DNA of 64,000 bases from Capsulimonadaceae bacterium (GCA_965215505.1 OZ244065.1:6113772-6177771); one strand, 5' to 3'. Positions 12,153-21,492 are shown, counted from the stretch's first letter. The notes: a model not told the origin generated them from the letters alone. Program-made: numbers and translations.

Positions 12153-12250
12153 GGGCGAACCTCGTGTCCGCGCTCTTTCTCCTGTCCGCGCTCTTTCTCC
12201 TGTCCGCGCTCTTTCTCCTGTCCGCGCTCTTTCTCCTGTCCGCACTCCTT
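12149..12250 (+). repeat. GTAG REP followed by an 18-bp tandem repeat (4 perfect + 1 degenerate copies)
   Basis: gtaggggcgaacctcgtgtccgcgc, then tgtccgcgctctttctcc at 12165, 12183, 12201 and 12219. Confidence 0.9.
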
Positions 12251-12580
12251 CCCTCCCCTCGTCTCACCTCTTGCTCGTGTTCCGTCGTGTTGATGCCGGT
12301 CGATGCCGGCCCCAGCGCCTGGACGTGAAAAATATATTTCTCATTCCTGTAAGGCAATGCACCGGAGGGGCTGTTTTGTTACGATACGTTTACGCTGGCC
12401 CGATATACTAAGGCCGGACGAGAACTTCTGCATCGGAAACAGGACTGCGGGGGACCCTCTTCTTTCGCACGCCTTCTTCCGCACGCCGCACGGGTGCTGT
12501 GAAGTTCCCCGCGCTTTTGGCGCGGCAGAGTCGTCCGGGGCTGGTCAGGCCCGGACGCTTCCCGAAAGGAACACGGAATC

Positions 12581-15500
12581 ATGAGACGCTCTTCACTTCA
12601 ACTCATGCGCGCGGCCCTGCTGCTCGCCTGTCTCGCCGTCCTGGCAGGCTCAGTCAGGAGCGAGGCTCGGCCCGGCCCCCTCGTCCCCCGCGCGGCTGCC
12701 CCGCCGGTGCCCACGGTGACTATCCTCCACAGCTTCGACTACGCTTCCGGGAGCTATGCGCCCCAGTACGGAGTGATCCAGGGGCCGGACGGCAGTTTGT
12801 ACGGCGTCACGGCGTACACGGCGTCCAACCCCGGCACCGTCTTCCAGATCACCCCGGACGGCACGTTCCACATCCTGCACCAGTTCAGCACCAGCAACCA
12901 CAACGACGGCTACAACGACGGCTACTATCCCTCCGCCAGACTGCTTCTCGTGGGCAATCAACTGTTCGGCACCTGCTCTACCGGCGGCACGGGCTATGTG
13001 GTGAACGGTGACGCAGGCACGGTGTTCGTCATTGACCTCGCCAGAGTCAGCGCCACGAACAACGCCGCCGGCTTCGGCGTCATCCACAACTTCGGCGGCG
13101 ATGCGGGCCAGCCCGACGGCAGCAAACCGTTGGGCGGCCTGTCGCTGGCGTCCGACGGCGCTCTGTACGGCACGACCGGCGGTTACAACGCCGCGTACCC
13201 TGTGGGCAGCATTTTCCAGATCAGGCCGGACAACGGCGGGCACTTCAGCGTCATCCCGCGCACGACCCCCTCCGGCACGGATACGTTCACCGGGAGCTTC
13301 ACGACGATCTACGGCTTTGGCGCTGATGGTGCCAGCCGGAGCCCCTATTCCGGGGTGGTTCAGGGGCCTGGCGGCTTCCTGTATGGTGCCACCCGAGGCA
13401 CTGGAGGGGGGGGCGGCCCGACGATCTGGGGCACCCTCTACAAAGTCGGCATTGACGGCCAGGGGTTCACCGTTCTGCACACGTTCCCCCACGACTACAC
13501 GGCTGCCGTCGCCGGCCCGGATGGGGGGGAACCCCAGAGCATTCCGCTCTTCGCGTCCGATGGCAGCCTGTACGCCACCGCCCCTTATGGCGGTCACGTT
13601 GACGCCGGGACGGTTTTCCAGATCAAACCGGGTGCGGACGGTGTCTTCGGCGCGAACGCGCCGTTCCAGTTGCTGCACGATTTCAGCCAAGTCCCTGACG
13701 GCTATCGTCCGGTTGACGGGCTGATCCAGGTCTCGGACGGAAGCCTGTTCGGGGCTACAATCAGTGGCGGAATCAGCGATTCCAGCGTGGGCACCATCTT
13801 CAATATCGCCGCGTCCGGCGGCCAGTTCAGCGTCACCAGCCCGTTCTCCACGCTCTACTCCTTCACCTCCCAGAGCAGCGGCCCGAACCAAATCTCCGGT
13901 CCACTCGTCCAGGGCAGCGACGGGCGGCTTTACGGCGAGACGACCACCGGCGGCCCCGGCAACGCGGGGACGGTGTTCGCCCTGGATGCGGGCCTGCCCG
14001 CCCCGCCCGCCGTCACCGGTGTCGCCGGCAGCCTCGCGCCGCCCGATGTCACCACCGGGGACACCGCCCTGGTCGTCCACGGTACGGGCTTTGCCGCCGG
14101 GGACACAGTCACGATTGACGGCGTGAACGCCCCCGTCGCCGGCCGCGACTACAGCCAGGCGGATGAGCTGATCACCGTCGCCCTGCCCAGCCCGCTGCGG
14201 GCGGGCGCGCACACGGTCGTGATCGCCGACACCGCGCCGGGAGTCCGCGTGTCCAACCCCGTCGCCTTCCTGGTCACGCTGCTCTCCCCCCGGATCACCC
14301 AGATCACGCGGGGCGGCGGCGGGTCCGTCACCGACGCCGACACCACGCTGGTCATCCACGGCGACAGCTTCGCGCCCGGCGACATCGTCAGCGTCGGCAC
14401 TCCGGGCGGCGCGGCCCTCGCCCATGTGTCACTGGACAGCGGCTCCCAGTTCACCGTCACGCTGTCCTTGCCGCTGCCGGCGGGGCACCATGATGTCACC
14501 GTCACCCACGCCGCACCGGATGGCCGCGCGTCCAACACCTATGACCTGGAGGTCCTGGCCGTCTCCCCGGTCATCAGCGCCGTCACCGGCGGCAGTCCCC
14601 CGGCCGTCACCACCGCCGACACGACCCTGATCGTCCACGGCACGAACTTCGCCGCCACGGACGCGGTCGTCATCACCGGCACGACCGCCTCGGTGACGGT
14701 CGCCGGGCGCGACCTGACCAACCCCGCCGACGAGCAGATCACGGTCACGCTGTCCCAGCCCCTCACGGCGGGCGGCCACACCGCGCGGGTCCCCCACGGC
14801 ACGCCGGACACCTCCACGGCCTTCCCGTTCACCGTGGTCGCGGCTCCCGCGCCCAAGCTCACTTCGACGACTTACAGGGTCGTGAGCGGGCAGGGGGTGC
14901 TGACCGTCTCCGGCACCAGCTTCGTTCGCACCGGGACCACCGACATCACGCCGAACGACCCGAAGGTGAAGCTCGGCGGCACCCTGACCGTCAGCGGCGT
15001 CAGCCCCACGCAGCTCACGGCCACATTCTCCGAACCCCTGCCGGCGGGCGTCTACACCCTCACCCAAACCAACCCGGACGGACGGGCGGCCCAGATCCAG
15101 GTGTACGTCCTCGCCGTCACCAGCGCGGCCTACGACCCGAGCGCCCTGACGGTGACGATCCTGGGCGCGGGCTTCTCCCCCGGTGCCGCCGTCACCATCG
15201 GGGACGTCTCCAACGGCCTCGTCATCCTGCCGCTCCAGATCACCGGGGCCGACCAGATCGTGGTCAGCCTGTTCAACCCGCTGCCGTCCGGCCCCCGTAC
15301 CTTCACCGTCACCAACCCGGACGGACAGGCGGACGGCACGACGCTCACGGTCCTCGCCCCGGTGACGGGGCTGGAGCTGACGGTCAACAACTCCGTGCCG
15401 GTCAGCGGGGTCATCCTGACGCCGGGGGGTGCCGGGTTCAGCGGGACGGCGAACCTCATGCAGATAAACCCCGACCCGAACTCGCTGGCCGCCCGGAGTC

Positions 15501-16843
15501 AGCCCCCCGGCCCCCGACCCGCCGGGAGAGTGCTCCGGACGTCTGCGGCCACGAGTGACAGCCCGATCATCGACCATGTCAAGGTCCAGACGGGGCTGGG
15601 ACAGGGCGACGTGCCCGCCAGCACGTTCGTGCGGATCGAGGGCAGCAACTTCGACGACTCGAACGCCGACTACGGCAAGACGACCGTGACGGTTGACGGC
15701 GTGGCCTACACCGGCAACGGCGTCGTCGTGCATGATGCAAACACCATCACGCTCTTCATCGGCGTGATCACCGACAACAACACGCATTCCCTGTCCGTGA
15801 CCGGCCCCAACGACAGATCATCCCAGACGGTCGCCTTCGGCGTCGTGGACGGCTACTTCAGTCAGGGCCGGTTCGTCGCCCGTCCCACCACGTCCTACCA
15901 GATCAGCATCCAGGGGGCCGGCCTACTAGGGTCGGGCACCTCACTCGGGGCCACTGCCCAGTCGCCGCTCGGGAGTTCCTTCCAGAAGGCCGCCATCGGC
16001 AGCATCGTCAGCCACGATGGCGGCAGCATCGTCAGCCACGATGGCGGCTCCATCGTCGCGCAAGGCGGCGGCAACATCGTCGCGGCGGGCGGCGGGAACC
16101 TGGTCAGCAATTCCAGCGGCACACTGGTCAGCAACTCGAGCGGCACCATCGTCGCACAGGGTGGGGGGAACCTGATTGGGGAGGACGGCAGCAGCCTGGT
16201 CAGCAACTCCAGCGGCACCCTGATCACGGACAACGGCAGCGCCCTGGTCAGCAACTCCAGCGGTACGCTCGTCGCAGGCGACAACGTCCTGACTGGAGCC
16301 GAGGCAGGCTCCTCCCCGCCTCCCGCCTTCCACGCCTTCGCGTCGCCGGGGACGCCCACCCCGGCCCCCACCTCGAACGGTTTCATGGACGTGACGCTGT
16401 TCCTTTCCAGAGCCGGGCAGGACATGCGCCTGCTGGTCACCCGCTACACGCCCGGCGAACGTGACCTGATCCTCTACAAAGACCCCGGCGTGACGGTGAC
16501 GCCGAGCGCCGGGACGCCCGCGCCCGTCGCCGCCGTCATGGCCGGGGTGACCGTGACGCGCGGGCCGGTGACGCGCGACTCCCACACGCACCAGCCCTTC
16601 CAGGTGCTGACACTCACCAACACCGGGGCGGGCGTCCTGTCCGGGCCGTTCCTCCTCGGCATCACCGGCCTGCCCGCCGGCGTCACCGTCGCCGCCCCGT
16701 CCGGCGTCATGGCGGGCAGCCCCGCCGTCGCCGCCCCAGGGAATGCCCTGGCCCCCGGCGCGTCCGTCCAGTTCCGCGTGGACTTCACCGACCCGACCAA
16801 CGCGCGCTTTGGCTACGGCACCGCCGTCTACGCCGGCCTGTGA
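12581..16843 (+). CDS. Large secreted surface protein: GloVer-like beta-propeller repeats, IPT/TIG domains, octapeptide repeats
   Basis: Signal peptide; repeated L.QGSDG.LYG.T..GG...GTVF.I units; repeated P.IT......L.VHG.NF Ig-like units; 12 x 8-aa repeats. Confidence 0.85.
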   Translation: MRRSSLQLMRAALLLACLAVLAGSVRSEARPGPLVPRAAAPPVPTVTILHSFDYASGSYAPQYGVIQGPDGSLYGVTAYTASNPGTVFQITPDGTFHILHQFSTSNHNDGYNDGYYPSARLLLVGNQLFGTCSTGGTGYVVNGDAGTVFVIDLARVSATNNAAGFGVIHNFGGDAGQPDGSKPLGGLSLASDGALYGTTGGYNAAYPVGSIFQIRPDNGGHFSVIPRTTPSGTDTFTGSFTTIYGFGADGASRSPYSGVVQGPGGFLYGATRGTGGGGGPTIWGTLYKVGIDGQGFTVLHTFPHDYTAAVAGPDGGEPQSIPLFASDGSLYATAPYGGHVDAGTVFQIKPGADGVFGANAPFQLLHDFSQVPDGYRPVDGLIQVSDGSLFGATISGGISDSSVGTIFNIAASGGQFSVTSPFSTLYSFTSQSSGPNQISGPLVQGSDGRLYGETTTGGPGNAGTVFALDAGLPAPPAVTGVAGSLAPPDVTTGDTALVVHGTGFAAGDTVTIDGVNAPVAGRDYSQADELITVALPSPLRAGAHTVVIADTAPGVRVSNPVAFLVTLLSPRITQITRGGGGSVTDADTTLVIHGDSFAPGDIVSVGTPGGAALAHVSLDSGSQFTVTLSLPLPAGHHDVTVTHAAPDGRASNTYDLEVLAVSPVISAVTGGSPPAVTTADTTLIVHGTNFAATDAVVITGTTASVTVAGRDLTNPADEQITVTLSQPLTAGGHTARVPHGTPDTSTAFPFTVVAAPAPKLTSTTYRVVSGQGVLTVSGTSFVRTGTTDITPNDPKVKLGGTLTVSGVSPTQLTATFSEPLPAGVYTLTQTNPDGRAAQIQVYVLAVTSAAYDPSALTVTILGAGFSPGAAVTIGDVSNGLVILPLQITGADQIVVSLFNPLPSGPRTFTVTNPDGQADGTTLTVLAPVTGLELTVNNSVPVSGVILTPGGAGFSGTANLMQINPDPNSLAARSQPPGPRPAGRVLRTSAATSDSPIIDHVKVQTGLGQGDVPASTFVRIEGSNFDDSNADYGKTTVTVDGVAYTGNGVVVHDANTITLFIGVITDNNTHSLSVTGPNDRSSQTVAFGVVDGYFSQGRFVARPTTSYQISIQGAGLLGSGTSLGATAQSPLGSSFQKAAIGSIVSHDGGSIVSHDGGSIVAQGGGNIVAAGGGNLVSNSSGTLVSNSSGTIVAQGGGNLIGEDGSSLVSNSSGTLITDNGSALVSNSSGTLVAGDNVLTGAEAGSSPPPAFHAFASPGTPTPAPTSNGFMDVTLFLSRAGQDMRLLVTRYTPGERDLILYKDPGVTVTPSAGTPAPVAAVMAGVTVTRGPVTRDSHTHQPFQVLTLTNTGAGVLSGPFLLGITGLPAGVTVAAPSGVMAGSPAVAAPGNALAPGASVQFRVDFTDPTNARFGYGTAVYAGL

Positions 16844-16895
16844 TCGACACCTCTGACGGACCGCCACGGGCCGCACAGGCAGAAAAGAGACGACC

Positions 16896-17543
16896 ATGAA
16901 AGCAAAAACGATGTCCCCGCGACGGGCACTCCCCATCGCGGGTGTCCTGACACTGCTCTGCCTGGAGACGGCCGCCCAGGCGCAGCTCTCCCAGCACTTC
17001 ACCTTCGACACGTCCGCCGTCAGCGGCCAGTCCGGCTTCCTGGACTTCCAGTTCGCCCCGGACACGGACGGCACCACGCCGCTGGACAGCAGCGTCAGCA
17101 TCAGCGGCCTCACCGGGGGGGCGCTCGGCGCGGTCAACAGCGGCGGCAGCGTCAACGTCACCGGCGCCCTGCCCGGCAGCGCCGCCGTCAGCAATGCCGG
17201 GGCCGGCGGCGAGCTGATGCAGGCATTCACCTTCGGGAAGAGCCTCAGCTTCGACACCGCCCTCCCGGCCCCCGCGCCGGGCGGGGCGGCGGACGAGGGC
17301 AGCACGTTCCAGTTCTTCCTGCTGGACGGGGGCGCAGACGCCTTCGCGACCACGGACCCCAGCGGCGGCGATGTGCTGGCAGTGATGGCGCAGGCGGCGA
17401 GCGGGGCCGTGTCTCCGGCGCAAACCTATGCGCTGGTGCCGTCCTCGCCGGTGCCGGAGGCATCCACGACCGTCAGCCTCGGCCTGCTCCTGGCCCTGGG
17501 CTGCGGAAGCCTGATCGCCCGCAAGAGGCGCAAAGGCGTCTGA
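16896..17543 (+). CDS. PEP-CTERM sorting domain protein
   Basis: Signal peptide; DTSAVSGQSGFLDFQF; C-terminal PVPEASTTVSLGLLLALG...RKRRK. Confidence 0.9.
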   Translation: MKAKTMSPRRALPIAGVLTLLCLETAAQAQLSQHFTFDTSAVSGQSGFLDFQFAPDTDGTTPLDSSVSISGLTGGALGAVNSGGSVNVTGALPGSAAVSNAGAGGELMQAFTFGKSLSFDTALPAPAPGGAADEGSTFQFFLLDGGADAFATTDPSGGDVLAVMAQAASGAVSPAQTYALVPSSPVPEASTTVSLGLLLALGCGSLIARKRRKGV

Positions 17544-17563
17544 CGTTCCCCCATGCTCGACGC

Positions 17564-17600
17564 AAAACGGCCCGCCCTCGGTCACGAGGGCGGGCCTTTG
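17564..17600. terminator. Likely bidirectional intrinsic terminator
   Basis: aaaac-ggcccgccctcg-gtca-cgagggcgggcc-ttt between convergent genes. Confidence 0.75.
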
Positions 17601-17615
17601 CTTCGCGCCAGTTCG

Positions 17616-19172
17616 CTAGGATGCCACAGCGGCGCAGTAACCCTCCAGGGCTGCCACCAGCCCCTCCGTCGTGTGTTCCGATGCCACCACTTCCGGCTCC
17701 CGGCCCAGCATCTCGCGCGCCGTCTTCGCCGTACTCGGCCCGATGCAGGCGACGACGATGCCTGGGGGCAGGGCCGTGCCGTCGAGGGCGGCCACGAAGT
17801 TCTTCACCGTGGAGGACGACGTGAACGTCACGGCGTCGATCGTCCCGGCCCGGAGCCGCCCGCGCACCTCGTCGGCCCCCGCGCCGTCCAGGACGTTCTC
17901 ATAGGCGACCGCCGCGTCCACCGCCGCCCCGCGCGCCGTCAGCGCCTCGACCAGACCCTCGTCGCCCTCTTTGGCGCGCGGGACCAGGATGTTGTTTCCG
18001 CCCACGTCCCCCGGCAGTTCCGCGCCCAGGCCCGCCCCGGTCGTCGCCTGCGGCTGGAAGTCCGCGACCAGTCCGCGCGCCGCCAGGGCCTCCGCCGTCG
18101 CCGGCCCGACGGCGGCGATCCGCGCCGTCGCCAGCGCCCGCCCGTCCTTGCCGCCCCGCCCCAGCCGGTCGCAGAAGGCGTGGACGGCGGGCGCGGAGGC
18201 GAAGCACACCCAGTCATAGGTCCCCGCCCGCACCACGGCGGCATCCAGGGCCGCGTAGCCGTCGGTCGGCGGGACCAGACGGATCAGCGGGAACTCGACC
18301 GGTTCGGCCCCGCGCACCCGCAGCTTCTCCGCAAACCCCGATGCCTGCTCGCGCGCCCGCGTCACTACCACTCGTTTCCCGGCCAGCGGCCCGAGGTCGA
18401 ACCAGCGCAGCCGCTCCCGCAGCCGGACCACCTCGCCAACCACCATCACGGCGGGCGCTTTGAAGCCAGCCGCCCGCACCTGCTCGACGACGGTTCCCAA
18501 TGTCCCGACCAGCGTCTCCTGCTGGCCCGCCCAGGTCCCCCATCGCACCAGGGCGACCGGCGTTTCCGGGCTGCGCCCGTTGGCCTGGAGCTGGCTTGCG
18601 ATCTCTTCCAGGTTCTCCACTCCCATCAGGAACAGCAAAGTGTCGGCGGCGTGGGCGATCTTGTCCCACCGCCGCCGCCCCTCCGCCTGACCCGCCGTTC
18701 GGGTTCCCGACTCGCGCGCGTCGTCCCGCTCGTGGCCGGTGATGACCGCGAACGACGAGGCCGCGTCCCGATGCGTCACGGGAATGCCCGCGTAGGCGGG
18801 CGCGGCGATGGCGCTGGTGACGCCCGGAATGACGACGAACGGCACACCGCGCTCGCGCAGATACTCCGCCTCCTCGCCGCCGCGCCCGAAGACGAACGGG
18901 TCGCCGCCCTTCAGCCGCGCCACCGCCTTGCCTTCCTTCGCTCGGTCCGCCAGCAGGGCATTGATGTCCTCCTGCTTCATGGCGTGCCGGTCGGCCTGCT
19001 TGCCCACATACACCCGCTCCGCGTCCGCCCGCGCCCAGTCCAGCAGGCTCGGGTGCGCCAGCCGGTCATACACGACCACGTCCGCCAGCTTAAGAGCCTC
19101 CGCACCGCCCACCGTGATGAGTTTCGGGTCGCCCGGCCCCGCGCCGATCAGATACACTGTTCCTGGTGTCAT
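17616..19172 (-). CDS. cobA-hemD: Uroporphyrinogen-III C-methyltransferase / uroporphyrinogen-III synthase fusion
   Basis: VYLIGAGPGDPKLIT, RLKGGDPFVFGRGGEE, then HemD motifs VVVTRAREQA, AAVGPATA, FTSSSTV, CIGPSTA. ATG at 19172 overlaps the upstream stop (ATGA). Confidence 0.95.
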   Translation of the reverse strand: MTPGTVYLIGAGPGDPKLITVGGAEALKLADVVVYDRLAHPSLLDWARADAERVYVGKQADRHAMKQEDINALLADRAKEGKAVARLKGGDPFVFGRGGEEAEYLRERGVPFVVIPGVTSAIAAPAYAGIPVTHRDAASSFAVITGHERDDARESGTRTAGQAEGRRRWDKIAHAADTLLFLMGVENLEEIASQLQANGRSPETPVALVRWGTWAGQQETLVGTLGTVVEQVRAAGFKAPAVMVVGEVVRLRERLRWFDLGPLAGKRVVVTRAREQASGFAEKLRVRGAEPVEFPLIRLVPPTDGYAALDAAVVRAGTYDWVCFASAPAVHAFCDRLGRGGKDGRALATARIAAVGPATAEALAARGLVADFQPQATTGAGLGAELPGDVGGNNILVPRAKEGDEGLVEALTARGAAVDAAVAYENVLDGAGADEVRGRLRAGTIDAVTFTSSSTVKNFVAALDGTALPPGIVVACIGPSTAKTAREMLGREPEVVASEHTTEGLVAALEGYCAAVAS

Positions 19173-19432
19173 ACCTCTGCCATCGCCGCCTCGGGAGCCT
19201 CCGCCGCGGCCTCTTTCCATTCTTCAAACTGTATCCCGTGGTCCCCCGCGTAGGGCCGCCGGTGGTCGTTTTCTCCCAGCCAGATCGGGAGCGGGATGCC
19301 GCCGGGGAAGGCGGCGCAGCGCCGCGCGCCGCCCTCGTCCAAATGCGCGCAGTAGCTACAAATCGTGCTATAGATCGGGAATTCTTCAAAGCCTCGATCT
19401 ATAAAAACGACTTCCTGTTCTTTCATCGCCAT
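19169..19432 (-). CDS. Small Cys/His-rich protein (CxxC...CxAFPxGIP...DH..PY.GD.GI.FE)
   Basis: 87 aa; RBS GGAGG; starts 2 bp after the JAB gene stop. Confidence 0.75.
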   Translation of the reverse strand: MAMKEQEVVFIDRGFEEFPIYSTICSYCAHLDEGGARRCAAFPGGIPLPIWLGENDHRRPYAGDHGIQFEEWKEAAAEAPEAAMAEV

Positions 19433-19434
19433 TT

Positions 19435-19995
19435 TTATCCCTCCTGCTCTCTGCCGTATGTCAAGCCCCATTCGGCGGCAACGCGCGTCCAGATTTCGTG
19501 GGCGGTTTGTGTGCCCGCTTCTTCTTGCGTCACCCGCTTCCGAGCGAGGAGAAGGCGAAAGTGGCGGCGGACATCGGCTTCGTGGTGCGTATGGCTTGGC
19601 TCCAGGAGCGCATCCCAGTAGCCCAGGCTCCAGCCTTGGGCCGATGGGCGCATGAAGTAGCGGTGCCTCGGCGTGACCACGCGCATCTCCGCGAGTTCCG
19701 CCTGACAGGCGAACCTTATATCCGTGTCGGAGAAGGAGCTACCGCTACGAAGCGGACTGCTCTCCGGATATCCCCAGCCGCGCGGGTGGTTGTGCGTGAA
19801 GATGACGCCCTGACCCGCACGCAGACGCTCTATCTCCTCAAGAGTGAAGCCGACGTGGAACTGCTCACCCGTCTTGTCCATAAGCACGTTCCCAGCCTCG
19901 TCCACGGCGAACGCCGACTCGAAGCGGTTAAACTTGATCTGCTCTTCCTTCGCCCGAACACGTTCGATCGGTGACAATCCTGGCCCCTCATGCAT
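19435..19995 (-). CDS. JAB/MPN (JAMM)-domain protein, phage MuF-toxin-like
   Basis: RFESAFAVD (Glu)...IFTHNHP...SFSDTDI matches E-x(n)-HxH-x(n)-SxxD. Corresponds to the C-terminal part of track ORF 19435..21342; a TATAAT box lies just upstream. Confidence 0.75.
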   Translation of the reverse strand: MHEGPGLSPIERVRAKEEQIKFNRFESAFAVDEAGNVLMDKTGEQFHVGFTLEEIERLRAGQGVIFTHNHPRGWGYPESSPLRSGSSFSDTDIRFACQAELAEMRVVTPRHRYFMRPSAQGWSLGYWDALLEPSHTHHEADVRRHFRLLLARKRVTQEEAGTQTAHEIWTRVAAEWGLTYGREQEG

Positions 19996-20007
19996 CCTGC
20001 CTTGCCC

Positions 20008-20055
20008 CATTATACCCCTGCGCCCCCACGCCCGCGAACGCGGCGGGGTATAATG
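20008..20055. promoter_or_regulatory. Divergent TATAAT -10 boxes
   Basis: cattatacccc ... ggggtataatg inverted pair serving the JAB operon (-) and the methyltransferase (+). Confidence 0.6.
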
Positions 20056-20061
20056 ACTCCC

Positions 20062-21318
20062 ATGCAAGAAAGCGAAGTGCAAAAGATCGAAGTCGTGGAC
20101 AAGGCGTTCGACGGGGAGACCCTGGTTTCGGCTACTCTCAGCGAGGCGCGGAGCCGCGAGCCGGACGGCGTCCGCAAGGTGACGGTCCGGCCAGTCGTCC
20201 TCCGCAAGAAGCATCTGTACCAGTTCGAGTACCAGTACGCGCAGAAAGTGCAGCACCGGAACCTGGAGCGGCCCGAGGCCAGGGCGCTCGCACAGACCCT
20301 GCTGGCCGAGACGTTCCGCCAGGGCTACTTTTATACGACGGCGGGTGAATCCCAGGTCTCGGTCAGCCGGTCGGGGAAAGTGACCGTCCACGCGCGTGGC
20401 TCCTCCCAGGCCGTGCCCGCCCCCGGAACCCCGCCAAGCCACGACCGCCAGAAGAACTACCTGCTGGCCGAAGGCGAGCCGATCCCGTTCCTGGTCCGGC
20501 TGGGCGTGATGGCGGCGGACGGCAAAGTCATCGCCGCCAAGCGGGACAAGTTCAAGCAGATCAATCGCTTTCTGGAGATGGTGGAGGATGTGGCAGGCAG
20601 CCTGCCCGCCAGCGGCCCGCTGCACGTCATAGACTTCGGCTGCGGCAAGGCGTACCTGACGTTTGCCCTGTACCATTACCTGACGGCGATTAAAGGGCGG
20701 GAAGTGCGCCTGGTCGGCCTGGATTTGAAGCAGGATGTGGTCGCCTTCTGCGCCGAAGTCGCGCGTGACCTGGGCTGCGAGGGCCTGACCTTCGCCGTCG
20801 GGGAGATCGGCGGCTACGCGCCGGACGGGGAGGGGTCGGTGGACATGGTCGTGGCGCTGCACGCCTGCGACACCGCCACCGACGACGCCCTGGTCAAAGC
20901 CGTGGCCTGGGACGCCCGCGTCATCCTGTCCGTGCCGTGCTGCCAGCACGAGCTGTTCGGCCAGCTCGCCAGCGACGTGCTGAAACCGCTGCTCAAACAC
21001 GGCATCCTGAAGGAGCGGCTGACCGCCCTGGTCACGGACAGCGTCCGCGCCAGCCTGCTGGAGAGGGCCGGGTATTCCGTTCAGGTCTTGGAGTTCATCG
21101 CCCTGGAACACACCGCCAAGAACCTGCTGATCCGCGCCGTCCGTCGCGGCGGCAAGGCCGGCCCCAAGCCGCCCTCGGCGGAGTACGCCGCCTTCCGAGA
21201 CTTCTGGCACATCCGGCCCTCGATGGAGGCCGGATTGGAGGCGCTGATGCAGAAGCAAGAGAGGGAGCATGATGCCCCCCAGCCCCCAATCCTGGGGGAG
21301 CAGGAGGCGGAAGGATAA
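20062..21318 (+). CDS. Class I SAM-dependent methyltransferase (Methyltransf_32-like)
   Basis: KFKQINRFLE, VIDFGCGKAYLTF, ALHACDTATD, VPCCQHE, EHTAKN. Confidence 0.9.
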   Translation: MQESEVQKIEVVDKAFDGETLVSATLSEARSREPDGVRKVTVRPVVLRKKHLYQFEYQYAQKVQHRNLERPEARALAQTLLAETFRQGYFYTTAGESQVSVSRSGKVTVHARGSSQAVPAPGTPPSHDRQKNYLLAEGEPIPFLVRLGVMAADGKVIAAKRDKFKQINRFLEMVEDVAGSLPASGPLHVIDFGCGKAYLTFALYHYLTAIKGREVRLVGLDLKQDVVAFCAEVARDLGCEGLTFAVGEIGGYAPDGEGSVDMVVALHACDTATDDALVKAVAWDARVILSVPCCQHELFGQLASDVLKPLLKHGILKERLTALVTDSVRASLLERAGYSVQVLEFIALEHTAKNLLIRAVRRGGKAGPKPPSAEYAAFRDFWHIRPSMEAGLEALMQKQEREHDAPQPPILGEQEAEG

Positions 21319-21484
21319 AGAGGGGAGGGTTGGGGGACCCAACCCCTACGGGTGCATGATGTAGGGGCGGGGTCCCCCCGCCCTCCTGTTCTCTCCCTTT
21401 CTGTCCGTCATCTGACTCCCCTCTCCCGCTTGCGGCCCCTGCTCGCAGGGCCTCGGCAGCGCGGTGAAGGGAGGGGTGGGGGTG
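21273..21484. repeat. Cluster of palindromic repeats including an inverted GTAG REP doublet
   Basis: agggttgggggacccaacccctac (21326-21349) and gtaggggcggggtccccccgccct (21361-21384); also a cccccaatcctggggg hairpin and a cccctctccc...gggagggg hairpin. Confidence 0.75.
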
Positions 21485-21492
21485 TCTGCTCG

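Noticed and set aside
12165..12250. 18-bp repeats as a CRISPR array
   Set aside because: Head-to-tail copies with no spacers, and no cas genes in the window.
12420..12570. c-di-AMP or c-di-GMP riboswitch upstream of the surface protein (gcgggggaccc, hairpins)
   Set aside because: The other conserved blocks of these riboswitches are not recognisable; an Infernal search would be needed.
19169..19995. Prophage remnant
   Set aside because: No integrase, att site or structural phage genes; the flanks are housekeeping genes.
19996..21342. N-terminal 449 aa of the 635-aa track ORF
   Set aside because: Antisense shadow of the methyltransferase; only the JAB part has its own start signals.
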